Below, piece after piece: positions 1-9,707 of a stretch of 40,776 nt of DNA. The translations under genes were made by a program, and so were the position numbers. The stretch comes from a virus (lineage: Duplodnaviria; Caudoviricetes): IMG/VR virus record IMGVR_UViG_3300037755_000375, positions 1 to 40,776 of that record. One strand, written 5' to 3'. Positions within the stretch are counted from its first letter, which is position 1; each line of letters starts with the position of its first letter. The notes under the pieces are model-generated. The model was not told the origin of the DNA. It ran no database searches and worked only from the letters and a program-made list of their open reading frames with translations.

Positions 1-127
1 GACACCGACAACGATCTGGTCGCGGCAGACGTGCAGGAAGTGGCGCTGCTGGGGCGCAACACCGTCGAGATAGTGACGATCACTGGTGCGGTGACCGACG
101 CCACTCGCAACCGCGTGGTCAAGTCGT
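1..127. repeat. Terminal direct repeat (identical to 40650-40776); circular-assembly overlap
   Basis: gacaccgacaacgatctgg...gtggtcaagtcgt occurs at both ends; 127 bp is a typical assembler k-mer; an ORF reads in frame across the junction. Confidence 0.97.
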
Positions 128-1482
128 ACTTCGGTGACAACATCGGGCGCCGGTCATTGTACGAGCGGGCGGACTGTGTTTACGGCGCCGTGACGATCAC
201 GGACGAGTTCGTGGGCGTTGAGGATGTGGCAATCGCGCGGGGGAGTGCGGGTGGAATCATCCACAACGGGTCCGCGGCCACAACCGTCAACGTGCGCCGT
301 GTGTGGGTACGCAGCGCCACCTCCAGTGGGCACGGCTTCCGTGCCGACAACACACATGCCGACTCCGCATACGACTGTGATGCGTGCGTGGCGGCTTCGT
401 GTTCCGGTGAGTCGAACGCGGGCTGTGGTTTTATCAGCGCGACGGGTGTTGGCGCTTTCAACCTGACGAATTGCCTCGCATACGACAGTGGCGGTGCTGG
501 GGTCCGGCGTGATGCTGGGACGCTGAACAGCAAAAACAACTACAGCGTCGGGAATGACGCTACACAGAATTACCGCGGCACCATTTCCCACACGACAGAC
601 GCATCGGACGACGGCGACGACGGCACCGCCCAAGTAACCGTCGCGCAGTGGGCGCGTGCGTGCAGCCGCCTCGCGTCGATGCTGGCCTACGGCACGTTTG
701 AGAACGAGCCTACTGGTCAAGCTGGCAAGATTGATCGTGCGGCATGGTATCGGCGTGGGGACACGCTGGGCGCGCTTGCAGGTGACGCCGCGATCGCATC
801 CGGCCTGCTGACCGGCACCACTGGCGGCATCACCTACGCGGCTGCGCTGAAGGCGTCCATTGATACGATGTCGATAGCTGTCAAAGCGACGATGCCCGCA
901 ACGCCTGCGTCGCGCGGGTTGATCCAGTCGAAGGCGACCGGAGACAGCGTCAACCGCATCGACCTTACAATCGGCGCGGGCGGCAAGCTCACGCTGGTCA
1001 CGTACGACAACACAGGCGCGATCACGGCGGACGGGTCCACGCTGGAGTACACGCCCGACGCGGACCAACTCGCAGGCACGCACGTCTACGCTGGCCGCGT
1101 CCACGACGGCAACGTGTACCTGTATATCGACCGCGTCGAAGTGGCGACCAGCGAATACGCTGGCACGCGCGACGCCACTGACACCCACGCGACCGTCGTC
1201 GGCGGCAACGGTACGCTGTACCTCGGCACCGATGGCTCTTGCTCGTCGTGGGGCGAGTTCACCGGGGCCACCGTTCCGCCCGATCTCCCGCTGCCGTACT
1301 ACAGCGACGGGCTGGGGGTGCTGGACGACTTCCGCCTGACCGAGAAGTCACACCAGAAGCTCAAGTGGGGCGGCACGGCAGCAGGGACCCCTGAGCGAGA
1401 CGCAGCAGGCAAGATCATCGGACCCCGCAGCATGATCGGCGCGCACATCGGCGACCGTGAAGCCGCCGTTGGAGTCATGTAG
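1..1482 (+). CDS. Virion/receptor-binding-like protein (3' part; true start ATG 40578, ~517 aa): beta-helix-like N-half, LamG/ConA-like C-half
   Basis: In frame with MPTINEST... at 40578; Gly/Asn/Cys-rich beta-helix-like repeats (NLTNCLAYDSGGAG); HVYAGRVHDGNVYLYIDRVEV resembles the LamG motif. Confidence 0.6.
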   Translation, partial: DTDNDLVAADVQEVALLGRNTVEIVTITGAVTDATRNRVVKSYFGDNIGRRSLYERADCVYGAVTITDEFVGVEDVAIARGSAGGIIHNGSAATTVNVRRVWVRSATSSGHGFRADNTHADSAYDCDACVAASCSGESNAGCGFISATGVGAFNLTNCLAYDSGGAGVRRDAGTLNSKNNYSVGNDATQNYRGTISHTTDASDDGDDGTAQVTVAQWARACSRLASMLAYGTFENEPTGQAGKIDRAAWYRRGDTLGALAGDAAIASGLLTGTTGGITYAAALKASIDTMSIAVKATMPATPASRGLIQSKATGDSVNRIDLTIGAGGKLTLVTYDNTGAITADGSTLEYTPDADQLAGTHVYAGRVHDGNVYLYIDRVEVATSEYAGTRDATDTHATVVGGNGTLYLGTDGSCSSWGEFTGATVPPDLPLPYYSDGLGVLDDFRLTEKSHQKLKWGGTAAGTPERDAAGKIIGPRSMIGAHIGDREAAVGVM

Positions 1483-1601
1483 CTGGGGGGCGCGAACGGT
1501 CGCCGATCTCGCAGGGCTTGACCCGCCGCGACACTGACCCAGACACCCGCGCGCACGCCCGCCAGCCTCACGCGCGCACCCGATCCGGTCAGGACCCACC
1601 G

Positions 1602-2027
1602 ATGCCACGCAAGCGCGCCGCACAAGCAGATCAACTTGACGCGACGGCTGACCAACGCCCGCTCACCTTCGACGACCGGCTCGGCGCCGTCACCCTCATC
1701 CTCGGCGCCAAGTACTCCGGCGCGGACTACGACGCCGCGATCGTCGCCATCGTCGAACTCGGCTTCGAGGTCGGCGAGGACGGCGCCCCCATCCCGCTCG
1801 ACGCCGAGGCCATCGCGTGGAAGCCCGCGCAGACCGTCTCGCGCAACGGCCAGCCGCAGCGCATCCCGCCCACCTGGAACCGGACCAAGGCGGGCGAGGA
1901 GCCGCAGCCGGTGCGCCTCTCGTCTGACACCCGCCGCATCGTCGCGCACCTCGTCGGGCAAGCGCCGATGCCGCTCACCCCCGCCATCCACCGCTCCCGT
2001 CAGCGGCTGATGGCTCTCGCGGAGTAA
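1602..2027 (+). CDS. Hypothetical protein
   Basis: ATG 1602 (MPRKRAAQ) after AGGA; strong GC3 codon bias; ends 3 nt before portal start. Confidence 0.7.
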   Translation: MPRKRAAQADQLDATADQRPLTFDDRLGAVTLILGAKYSGADYDAAIVAIVELGFEVGEDGAPIPLDAEAIAWKPAQTVSRNGQPQRIPPTWNRTKAGEEPQPVRLSSDTRRIVAHLVGQAPMPLTPAIHRSRQRLMALAE

Positions 2028-2030
2028 CCT

Positions 2031-3557
2031 GTGGCGACCGGCTACGAGACGGAGAAGGATCTGGAATGGCAGCGCCGCAACCGCAAGCAGCGGTTCGGCA
2101 CTAGCACCCTCTCTCACGATGCCGTGGCCTCGCGTCCGCGCATCGCAGACACGATCTACGGTCTGATCCGTGATCCCGACGGCGTCCTCGCGAAGGACCC
2201 CGACGGCTACCGCACGATATATCAAGACGACCAGATCGCCACGTCGCTCCGAAAGCTCACGCTCAAGGTGGCGAACTGCGATTGGAAGTTGACCGGCGAG
2301 GAACCAGACACACAGGCTCTCGCCGCTGCCGCGCGCTCTCTCTGCGTCGGCCTGCCAGGCTGGGACACGATGGTCCGCCAGGCGTGTTACGCGATGGCCG
2401 AGGGTGTGCGAATCATCCGCGTCCTGTGGGAGCCCTGCACGATCAACGGGCACCCCGCCATGCGCCCGGCAAAGTTCGTCGCGCGCGACAAGCGCAAGTA
2501 CCGCCCCGAAGACGCGGAGTGGAAAAAGATCTGGTTCTGCGACGACTTCCAGTCGGCCACGCTGACCAATCGCCCGCCCGAGCAGGAAGAGCCGCGCGAC
2601 TACTACATCATCCCCGTATGGCAGGATGACGAGGAACGGCTCGGCTTCGGCGACGGAGTCGGCGAGCGGCTGTACAAGGTCGCCGTCATCCGACGCGAAC
2701 TGCTGAAACTGTTCTGGGAGGCGATGGAGACGACGATCGGCGGAATCCGCGTCCTCACGTTCGACTTCAACGTCTGGCAGAATCTGCCCGCGTCCGAACA
2801 GACCGCTCTGCGCGAAGCCGCCGTCGATGCGATCAACAACGCCATCAGCTTCGACACGGTCGATCTTCCGCCCGGCACCACATTCCAGATTCACTTCCCA
2901 AGCGCCGAGGCGCTGGAAGCGTTCCGCGCATCGCTCAAGCAGTACCTCGACGAGATGCCGCAGAAGCTGCTACTCGGCACGGTGATGTCCGAAGGCAGCA
3001 GCGAGAAAGGCTCGCTTGGCTTCGGCCTGTACCTCGACCACGAATCGCGCCTCCAGGTGCAGGCGATCGTGGATTGGCTCGCTGAGTCGTTCACGCGCGA
3101 TCTGCTGGGGCAAATCTTCCTCTACAACCCGTGGCTGTACGAGGTCGCGGCGGTCTCACGCGGAACGCCGCTCCCGCGCTACGTCGGGACGGTGCGCGGC
3201 GGAGCCGACCACACCGCTGGCATGGGGCTCGCGCAGCAGCACCGCGGGCACATGCTCAAGACGCAGTACGAGGAACTGACCGGCATCACGATTCCGAGCG
3301 AAGAGCAGATCAGCAACCGCGAGACGATCGAGATTGCCGCACCTGCCGCACCCGCCCCTGCCACTGGTGGCGGATTCGGAAGCGGTGGCCTGTCTGGCGG
3401 AGCCGGTGGTTCCTTCGGCGCACAACCTCCGCCTGTTCCGAAGGCGGCCGCGCCCGGTATCTCTCGCACTGGCCGCGCCGCCGGGCTAACCCGCAACGCG
3501 CCGTGGTGGGCGGGACTCTCGGCAGACGAGCGCACCCGCTACGCGCTGACGGGGTGA
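2031..3557 (+). CDS. Portal protein (Mu gp29/DUF935-like)
   Basis: 508 aa; DDQIATSLRKLTLKV, G-x-G-ERLY, KLLLGTVMSEGSSEKGSLGFG patterns typical of Mu-like portals; followed by gpF. Confidence 0.8.
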   Translation: MATGYETEKDLEWQRRNRKQRFGTSTLSHDAVASRPRIADTIYGLIRDPDGVLAKDPDGYRTIYQDDQIATSLRKLTLKVANCDWKLTGEEPDTQALAAAARSLCVGLPGWDTMVRQACYAMAEGVRIIRVLWEPCTINGHPAMRPAKFVARDKRKYRPEDAEWKKIWFCDDFQSATLTNRPPEQEEPRDYYIIPVWQDDEERLGFGDGVGERLYKVAVIRRELLKLFWEAMETTIGGIRVLTFDFNVWQNLPASEQTALREAAVDAINNAISFDTVDLPPGTTFQIHFPSAEALEAFRASLKQYLDEMPQKLLLGTVMSEGSSEKGSLGFGLYLDHESRLQVQAIVDWLAESFTRDLLGQIFLYNPWLYEVAAVSRGTPLPRYVGTVRGGADHTAGMGLAQQHRGHMLKTQYEELTGITIPSEEQISNRETIEIAAPAAPAPATGGGFGSGGLSGGAGGSFGAQPPPVPKAAAPGISRTGRAAGLTRNAPWWAGLSADERTRYALTG

Positions 3558-3561
3558 CACC

Positions 3562-3813
3562 GTGGCCGATCCGATGGTCCCGGTGTCGAGCTCAATCCTT
3601 CGCGCCGTTGGACATGACGAGGCGAGCCAGACCCTCACGATTCGGTTCGCGTCTGGCGCTGTATACGCCTATCGAGGCGTTCCGCGCGCCACGTTCGATG
3701 CGCTGCTAGCATCCGCGTCGCCAGGCCGATACTTCGGCCAGTACGTGCGGTTCCAGTACACCGCCGACATCGTGACGCCCGCGCCGAAGGACAGCGATGG
3801 CGAATCCGCCTGA
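3562..3813 (+). CDS. KTSC domain protein
   Basis: VSSSILRAVGHDEASQTLTIRFASGAVYAYRGVP...LLASASPGRYF is the KTSC signature. Confidence 0.9.
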   Translation: MADPMVPVSSSILRAVGHDEASQTLTIRFASGAVYAYRGVPRATFDALLASASPGRYFGQYVRFQYTADIVTPAPKDSDGESA

Positions 3814-4696
3814 CGATCCCGCGCTCCCGTTGCTCGGCCCACTGCGCGACAGCCTGCGCGAACTGTTCTCGCTAGAGTTCCGCGGCGCTGCCGAACTGAT
3901 CGCGCCGAAGGATCTGCCGTCGGCTGAGATCAACGCACGCGGGCACGTCGAGCGCGCCGCCGCCGCCATCGCAAGGTCCGCAGCGTTCGCCGACCTCGTA
4001 GGCCGCGTCGAGACGCTGCGTATCGCAGGCATAGACTCCGGGATGCCGGGCATCGTCGGGACGCCGGAATCGTTTGTCACAATGCCGTTCGGCGAGGCGA
4101 TCGAGGCGTTTGCGTCAACGACGGCTATCCATGCTCAGGACCGCGACGAAGTTCTTCGGGCGTACTCGCGCAACGAGTTCGCCATGAAGCCGCAGATTGC
4201 ATTCGAGGTCGTCGAGACGGTCCAACAGCAGATTCACTCGATGTTGCGCGAAGGCGGGACGAAGGACGACTTCGTGAAGTGGGCGCGAGACCTAAACGAA
4301 GGGCACGTCAGCGACGCCTACGCTGAGACGGTGTTCCGCACCGAGGCGACGCGCGCGCAGACGGCCGGCCGCGTCATGCAGTCGTTCTCGGCTGACCTAG
4401 CAGGGTTTGTCGTCGCCTTCATGTACAACAGCGCGCGGACGCAGACCACGCGCGCGAACCACGCCGCGCTCCACGGGATGATGTGGGGCGCGAACCACGT
4501 CGCGTGGGCGAACATCCTTCCGCCGAATGGCTGGAACTGTCAGTGCCGCGTGATCGCGATCACGCGTCCGCAGGCGCGCGCGGAAGAGCGGTTGACGGAC
4601 GACGGCGAGTTCAAGTCGGACGCGTGGCCTGTCCCCGGCGGGCATCCAGACAAGGGCTGGGAGAACAAGCCAGCCCTGAGCGCGTACGGGACTTAG
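3797..4696 (+). CDS. Head morphogenesis protein (Mu gpF/SPP1 gp7-like)
   Basis: AETVFRTE, TRANHAALHG, PPNGWNCQCRV motifs. Confidence 0.9.
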   Translation: MANPPDDPALPLLGPLRDSLRELFSLEFRGAAELIAPKDLPSAEINARGHVERAAAAIARSAAFADLVGRVETLRIAGIDSGMPGIVGTPESFVTMPFGEAIEAFASTTAIHAQDRDEVLRAYSRNEFAMKPQIAFEVVETVQQQIHSMLREGGTKDDFVKWARDLNEGHVSDAYAETVFRTEATRAQTAGRVMQSFSADLAGFVVAFMYNSARTQTTRANHAALHGMMWGANHVAWANILPPNGWNCQCRVIAITRPQARAEERLTDDGEFKSDAWPVPGGHPDKGWENKPALSAYGT

Positions 4697-4872
4697 GCGC
4701 GCGCCTCAAGGTCAGCGAGGATCGCGCGAACAGCGTTCGCCAGTTTGGGGTAGTCGCGCATCACGCTTGAGTTGGACCGGATCGACACGCAGTCGGCGAC
4801 CGAAAGCCCGAGCCGCTTCGGAGCAGCCTTCTTTGGTGCCGCCTCTGTCTCAGCCGTATCGTTGTCGCTCAC
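4693..4872 (-). CDS. Small hypothetical protein (59 aa, MSDNDTAETE...DLEARA)
   Basis: GTG start overlaps the TGA of the upstream HTH gene (GTGA); below the ORF-track cutoff. Confidence 0.55.
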   Translation of the reverse strand: MSDNDTAETEAAPKKAAPKRLGLSVADCVSIRSNSSVMRDYPKLANAVRAILADLEARA

Positions 4873-5066
4873 GTGTTGCTCCGGTCTCTGGATAGCCGAT
4901 CGCGGCAGGCTGCCACGTCGCGCTCAGTGGTCCGCCAGTGGCCCTTGTCTCCGTCGCGGTACGCACGCAAGTCGCCGCTATGCACGAGTTCGCGAGCCTT
5001 CCGCGCGCCGAACCCGAGACGGGCTCCGGCTTCCTTCATGCCGAGTGGGCGGTCCTGCTGCGCCAT
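4869..5066 (-). CDS. Excisionase-like HTH_17/MerR-type DNA-binding protein
   Basis: LGMKEAGARLGFGARKARELVHSGDLRAYR...WRTTERDV pattern; divergent from the head protease gene. Confidence 0.75.
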   Translation of the reverse strand: MAQQDRPLGMKEAGARLGFGARKARELVHSGDLRAYRDGDKGHWRTTERDVAACRDRLSRDRSNT

Positions 5067-5205
5067 CTGGTCAGTGCATCACGAGTACGGGGCGGGCGGT
5101 CCACGGCAGTATTGCACAGATTGAACGCGCCTAAATAGGACAAAGCGCGTCCGAGTTGACGCGCACTATGGATTCACCCATCGAGAGGCGTGAAACCTCT
5201 CGCCC

Positions 5206-6705
5206 ATGCCTGCCGTGACACTCCCTCGCAAGCGCACGACCACCGGCCCGGCCGCTCCTGCACGCTCGTACGCGTGGGAGCGCGGCGCCGACGGTCTCTA
5301 CGCGATCCGCGATCTCGAACTGTTTGACCCGCACGTCGCAATGGGCGACGTGTGGAACGACCAGCGCGTCGCCGACCTTTGCGCAAAGACGATCGAGCAG
5401 TTCGCCATCGGGAAGTTGGTCAAGAACCACACGGGCGAATACTCGGACGGTGGCGTTCAAGTTGGCAGCACCGGCAACTATGTCTGCCGTCAGGTGCAGG
5501 TCCCGGTCCTCGACGACCAGGGCGACCTCAGCTTCGGTCCGGACGGGCAGCCCAAGTCACGCACGATCACCCGGATGTTCGGCGACTTCTTCGCGATCGA
5601 GCCGGAGATGTTCCGCGACATCGCGCTTGGCCGATTCGTTGACCGCAGCGTCGAACTCCGGCCGGAGCTCGGCAAGGAAGGCGACTGGACCGCCCCGCTC
5701 GCCGCGGTTGACGCCGTCGCGCTGGCAGGTTCCGCGCGCCAGTACTTCAACTTCCCGAAGCTCCGCGTCGAACTCGCCGCTGAGGAACTGGCGCAACTCG
5801 ACGCCGATGTTGCGAAGCGCGCGCCGCTCGCCGCGCGGACGCTACCGGCCTTCACGCCCTACCGCACCCTTGCCCGCAACGGGAAGCGCACGATGCCCGA
5901 CAAGCCGCCCGCCATCGCCAGCCCCGAAGACCAGAACAAGCCGGACATCCGCGCGCTGTACGCCGAGGCGATGCGCGCGCTGAACGCATTCGGCGAAGCC
6001 GCGTTCCCCGCTGGCCCGATCGACGACACGCAGGGCGAAGGCGACGCAGACCCCGCCGTCGATCCAGACGAGCAGCGCACCGGCGATGGCCCGAAGCCGG
6101 GCGAAGGTCCCGAGCCCGCGCAGAAGCAGGGCGAGGCCGACGAGCCTGGCAAGGGCGACCAGCGCACCGGCGACAGCGATTCCACCGACGAGGACGAGGA
6201 AGACATGCCCGACGACAAGAAGACCGGCGGCGCCGCAAAGCGCACGATCCCCGCGAACGGCACCGCTGCGCGGCTCGCCACGCTGGAGCGTCAGCTCCAC
6301 CAAGAGCGCGAGGACAACGCCCGCGAGAAGTTCACGGCGCGGTTCGATCAGCTCGCCGCCGAGGGTCGCGTGCGCTACAGCGAGACGCGCCGCGCGGCGA
6401 TCATCGACTCGGTGATGTCGGCGAAGCCAGCAGACCGCGAGACGCGGTTCGCCGGTCTCGTTGACGGCGACGGCCCGTCGCTCGCCGCGGACTTCACGGA
6501 GCCCGCCCGCGCGCGTACACGCGCCGAGACCGCCTCGCCGGAGGAACAGCGCCTCTACGCGGGAAAGTCCGTCGCGCAGCGGCGCACGCTGGACGATGCC
6601 CGCCGCCGGTTCACGCAGGCGCGTGGGCAGGGGCCGCTCTTCGCCCGCTTCAAGACAGACCTGGAGTACGCCGCGCGCGTGCTGGAGCACGCCGCGCAGG
6701 GGTAG
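5206..6705 (+). CDS. Prohead protease/scaffold fusion (Mu gpI/Z-like position)
   Basis: Position between gpF and capsid; globular N-domain (RFVDRSVEL, AVALAG), acidic linker and coiled-coil C-terminus. Confidence 0.7.
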   Translation: MPAVTLPRKRTTTGPAAPARSYAWERGADGLYAIRDLELFDPHVAMGDVWNDQRVADLCAKTIEQFAIGKLVKNHTGEYSDGGVQVGSTGNYVCRQVQVPVLDDQGDLSFGPDGQPKSRTITRMFGDFFAIEPEMFRDIALGRFVDRSVELRPELGKEGDWTAPLAAVDAVALAGSARQYFNFPKLRVELAAEELAQLDADVAKRAPLAARTLPAFTPYRTLARNGKRTMPDKPPAIASPEDQNKPDIRALYAEAMRALNAFGEAAFPAGPIDDTQGEGDADPAVDPDEQRTGDGPKPGEGPEPAQKQGEADEPGKGDQRTGDSDSTDEDEEDMPDDKKTGGAAKRTIPANGTAARLATLERQLHQEREDNAREKFTARFDQLAAEGRVRYSETRRAAIIDSVMSAKPADRETRFAGLVDGDGPSLAADFTEPARARTRAETASPEEQRLYAGKSVAQRRTLDDARRRFTQARGQGPLFARFKTDLEYAARVLEHAAQG

Positions 6706-6759
6706 CCGCGCGCCGCTCCGTCCCTACCGACTACCGACTGAGATCAGAGGAACCGAACG

Positions 6760-8085
6760 ATGTCCACCCCGACCGCCGCTGGAGAGATCGCGCAGAAGAC
6801 CTTCGGCACGCCGAACTCGCGCGTGTTCTCCGAGAGTCTGATCGGCGAAGACAACTTCCGATCGGCGCTGCTCATCCGCAAGCCAGACGGAAAGTTCTAC
6901 GCGAAGGAGGACACTGCGACCGCGGTGGACTACATGGTGCCGGGCGCTCGCTTCGCGGGCGTGCTCCAGCACGACGCGGAGACCTCGCCGACCGCCCCGT
7001 ACGAGCCGAACAAGAAGAAGCGCGTCACGCTCAACAACGGCGAGAACCAGTGGTTCAAGGCCGGGAAGTACTCAACGCAGGCGAATGCGCTGGCCGACAA
7101 CGCATTCCTGCTCGTCGGCTCGGGCACGGCCGGCGCGGTGGTCCTCGCCGACGTGGGCAAGAAGATCTACCTCGTCGATGGGGGCGGCTTCACGGTCGAC
7201 CCGGAGCAGTCCGAGTCGATCCACTGCGGCTACATCGTGGACATCATCACGGTGGGCACGAGCGGCGACGGCAAGGCGTACGTCGAGCTGTACGGCGAGG
7301 GTCGGTCGAGCGCGTTGGAGAACTACGACCGCATCGGCGACCCGGAGTCGGTCAGCGCCGCACCGGAGCGCGTCTGGCACATCCACCGGTTCGGACGCAA
7401 GATCGGCGTGAATGCCGACCTCGCCGTCACGACCGTGGACCCGACCGCGGCCGAAGTCGCGCTGGTTCTTACGCTTGACCACTTCTTCGAGGGGGCGGGG
7501 ACCAACTACGATGTTGGCGACTCGGCTGTCGCGGCGGACGGTCTCACGAACTTCTACTCGCACGGCGGCGCGTCTGACACTGCGATCCTCTTCCCGCACG
7601 CCGACACCAACCAGGGCGGCGTCTGGAAGCTGGGCTTCTCGAACGACAGCCAGTGGCGTCAGTACTGGAAGTTCAAGCTCTCCACTGTCACCTCGACGAC
7701 CTACAAGATCGGCGCGACGCTCACGGCGGCAGCACCGGACGACGTGTCCACGGACGCGGACCAGGTGGTCGTTACGTTTGTCGCCGGGACCGACACGAAC
7801 TTCCAGGTGCAGACCAGCATCAACGGCACCGACAGCGGCAAGCTGACGCTGCACAACGATGTCGCCCCAGCGGCCACCACGTTCTACGAACTGGTCATTG
7901 ACGTGGATGCCTCGCGCGTGGCGCGGGTGTTCATCCGCAGCGGCGACACTGGCGCGTGGACGCATATCGCCACGACTGCGGCGCTCAAGACCGCCGTGGA
8001 CCTCAAGCCGTACGCTGCGGTGAAGGTCGCCTCGGCTGGCGGTTTCCGCTTCGCCAAGCTCGCGATGGGCAGCAAGGCCGCGTAA
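6760..8085 (+). CDS. Capsid decoration/cement protein with large C-terminal beta-sandwich extension
   Basis: FAGV, ADVGKKIYLVD, GYIVDI, GKAYV resemble the small cement proteins found between scaffold and capsid genes. Confidence 0.6.
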   Translation: MSTPTAAGEIAQKTFGTPNSRVFSESLIGEDNFRSALLIRKPDGKFYAKEDTATAVDYMVPGARFAGVLQHDAETSPTAPYEPNKKKRVTLNNGENQWFKAGKYSTQANALADNAFLLVGSGTAGAVVLADVGKKIYLVDGGGFTVDPEQSESIHCGYIVDIITVGTSGDGKAYVELYGEGRSSALENYDRIGDPESVSAAPERVWHIHRFGRKIGVNADLAVTTVDPTAAEVALVLTLDHFFEGAGTNYDVGDSAVAADGLTNFYSHGGASDTAILFPHADTNQGGVWKLGFSNDSQWRQYWKFKLSTVTSTTYKIGATLTAAAPDDVSTDADQVVVTFVAGTDTNFQVQTSINGTDSGKLTLHNDVAPAATTFYELVIDVDASRVARVFIRSGDTGAWTHIATTAALKTAVDLKPYAAVKVASAGGFRFAKLAMGSKAA

Positions 8086-8146
8086 CCCTTGACCGGCCAG
8101 CGGCCGGCGAACACCGACGACCGATCTCTGATCAGAGGAATCCGAC

Positions 8147-9193
8147 ATGCCTTCCGTATCCGCAAACGCCGCCGCCGCCGCCGAGTACTTCCGCCGGGAC
8201 GCGCGGATCATGCTGGAGGACGAGTTCCAGCAGAACGCGCTGGAGCTCGACCGCGACCTCGGCGAACTCTTCATGCGCGATGTCGCCAACCACGACATCG
8301 ACCACATCCCGATCACCGGCGCGATCGGGCGCATGAAGAAGGTCGAGGCCGGTGCCCAGCCTCATGTTCACTCGTTCGTGACGCGCCGCCAGACGGTTGA
8401 GAATGAGGAGTACGAAGGCGTCATGTTCCTTGAGCGCAAGGAACTGGAGGACCTGGAGACGGGTGCCACCGGCGCTCTCTCGCGGGCGATGAACAAGGTT
8501 AACGGGCTGGCGCAGGCAGCGCGCAACGTGCCCTGGTTCAAGATCGTCGAGTTGCTGACCGACACCGGCGACATGGCGGGCAAGACCTGCTTCGACGGCG
8601 AGGTCCTGTTCTCGTCGTCCCACATCGGCGGCGTGGACAACACGATCGACGACGCCGCGCACGTCAACAACGACCACGCTGCGCTGTTCGACGAGTTGAT
8701 TAAGGTCGTGACCCGATTCGGTGGGTTCAAGGACCCGGACGGCAAGGACCTCATCACCCACCAGGCGCCGCGCGCGCTGACGGTGATCGTCCCGCTGTCG
8801 CTCTGGATTCCGTACCGCGAGGTGTTCACCCAGGCATGGACGGTCGGCCGCGCGAACAGCAAGGCGGACCTCTCGTCAAGCAACGCGATGGTCGGCGCTG
8901 GCGTCGTGAACGTCGCGCAGCGCGACTTCGACATCCGCGTGATGGCGCTGCCGGAGTTGGACCGCTTGATTGCCACCAGCGAACTCGCGGCAACGAAGGC
9001 GTACTGGATCAACCGCAGCAACGCGGCCCGCAAGCCGATGGTGCTGCTGGAGAAGCGCGCCCCGGACTTCGACTTCCTCGGCCGCGGCTCGGAACACTGG
9101 ATCAACACCCGCACCGCGAAGGGCGTTGCCTCCACACGCTTCGGCGTCGCGCCGTACCTGTACGACACGGTCATCGAGGTGGACAAGGCCTAG
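8147..9193 (+). CDS. Major capsid protein (Mu gpT-like)
   Basis: KTCFDGEVLFSSSH matches the gpT C-[YF]-DG..FF...H motif; KPMVLLEKRAP; strong RBS. Confidence 0.85.
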   Translation: MPSVSANAAAAAEYFRRDARIMLEDEFQQNALELDRDLGELFMRDVANHDIDHIPITGAIGRMKKVEAGAQPHVHSFVTRRQTVENEEYEGVMFLERKELEDLETGATGALSRAMNKVNGLAQAARNVPWFKIVELLTDTGDMAGKTCFDGEVLFSSSHIGGVDNTIDDAAHVNNDHAALFDELIKVVTRFGGFKDPDGKDLITHQAPRALTVIVPLSLWIPYREVFTQAWTVGRANSKADLSSSNAMVGAGVVNVAQRDFDIRVMALPELDRLIATSELAATKAYWINRSNAARKPMVLLEKRAPDFDFLGRGSEHWINTRTAKGVASTRFGVAPYLYDTVIEVDKA

Positions 9194-9220
9194 TCCTGCG
9201 CGCTGGCGGGCGTGCATGGG

Positions 9221-9252
9221 CGGGGCGGGGCCACGGCTCCGCCCCGTTCCTT
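9221..9252 (+). terminator. Hairpin after capsid gene (possible terminator/attenuator)
   Basis: cggggcgggg-ccacgg-ctccgccccg followed by ttcctt. Confidence 0.45.
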
Positions 9253-9269
9253 GAACAGAGACGGAGCAC

Positions 9270-9707
9270 ATGAGCCTGATCGCCGCTACTCAGAACTGGA
9301 TGATCGCGCGCCACACGGTGTACCAGTTGGCGCATTGGAGCAACCAGCACGGGAGCGTGAGCAGCCCGCCCGTCGCCGCCGACATCAACTGGGACGCCGT
9401 CGAGACGTGGTTCGAGTCCGCCATTGCGGCGTTCGAACTGCGTGGGCGTCTGCTGACGGAAGAGAGCGACCTGATTCGCAGCGTCGCGTACCTGTTCCGC
9501 CCGGTCACGCAGTTGAGCAAGGCCGAGATCGGCGAGCGCGATGGCTTAATGAAGACGATGCCGCAGGCGGCAAGCATCACCCTCGCGGCCACGTCGATCG
9601 AGGCGGGCGAAGAGGGCGACCGCCGACGGCTCGGGCGCGAGCAGCTTGACGATCTCTACAACATGCCCACGCGTGGGGCGGGCCGTCGGCGTAAGGGAGA
9701 CATGTAA
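9270..9707 (+). CDS. Putative head-tail adaptor (Mu gp36-like position)
   Basis: 145 aa helical protein right after the capsid gene; GGAG RBS. Confidence 0.5.
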   Translation: MSLIAATQNWMIARHTVYQLAHWSNQHGSVSSPPVAADINWDAVETWFESAIAAFELRGRLLTEESDLIRSVAYLFRPVTQLSKAEIGERDGLMKTMPQAASITLAATSIEAGEEGDRRRLGREQLDDLYNMPTRGAGRRRKGDM

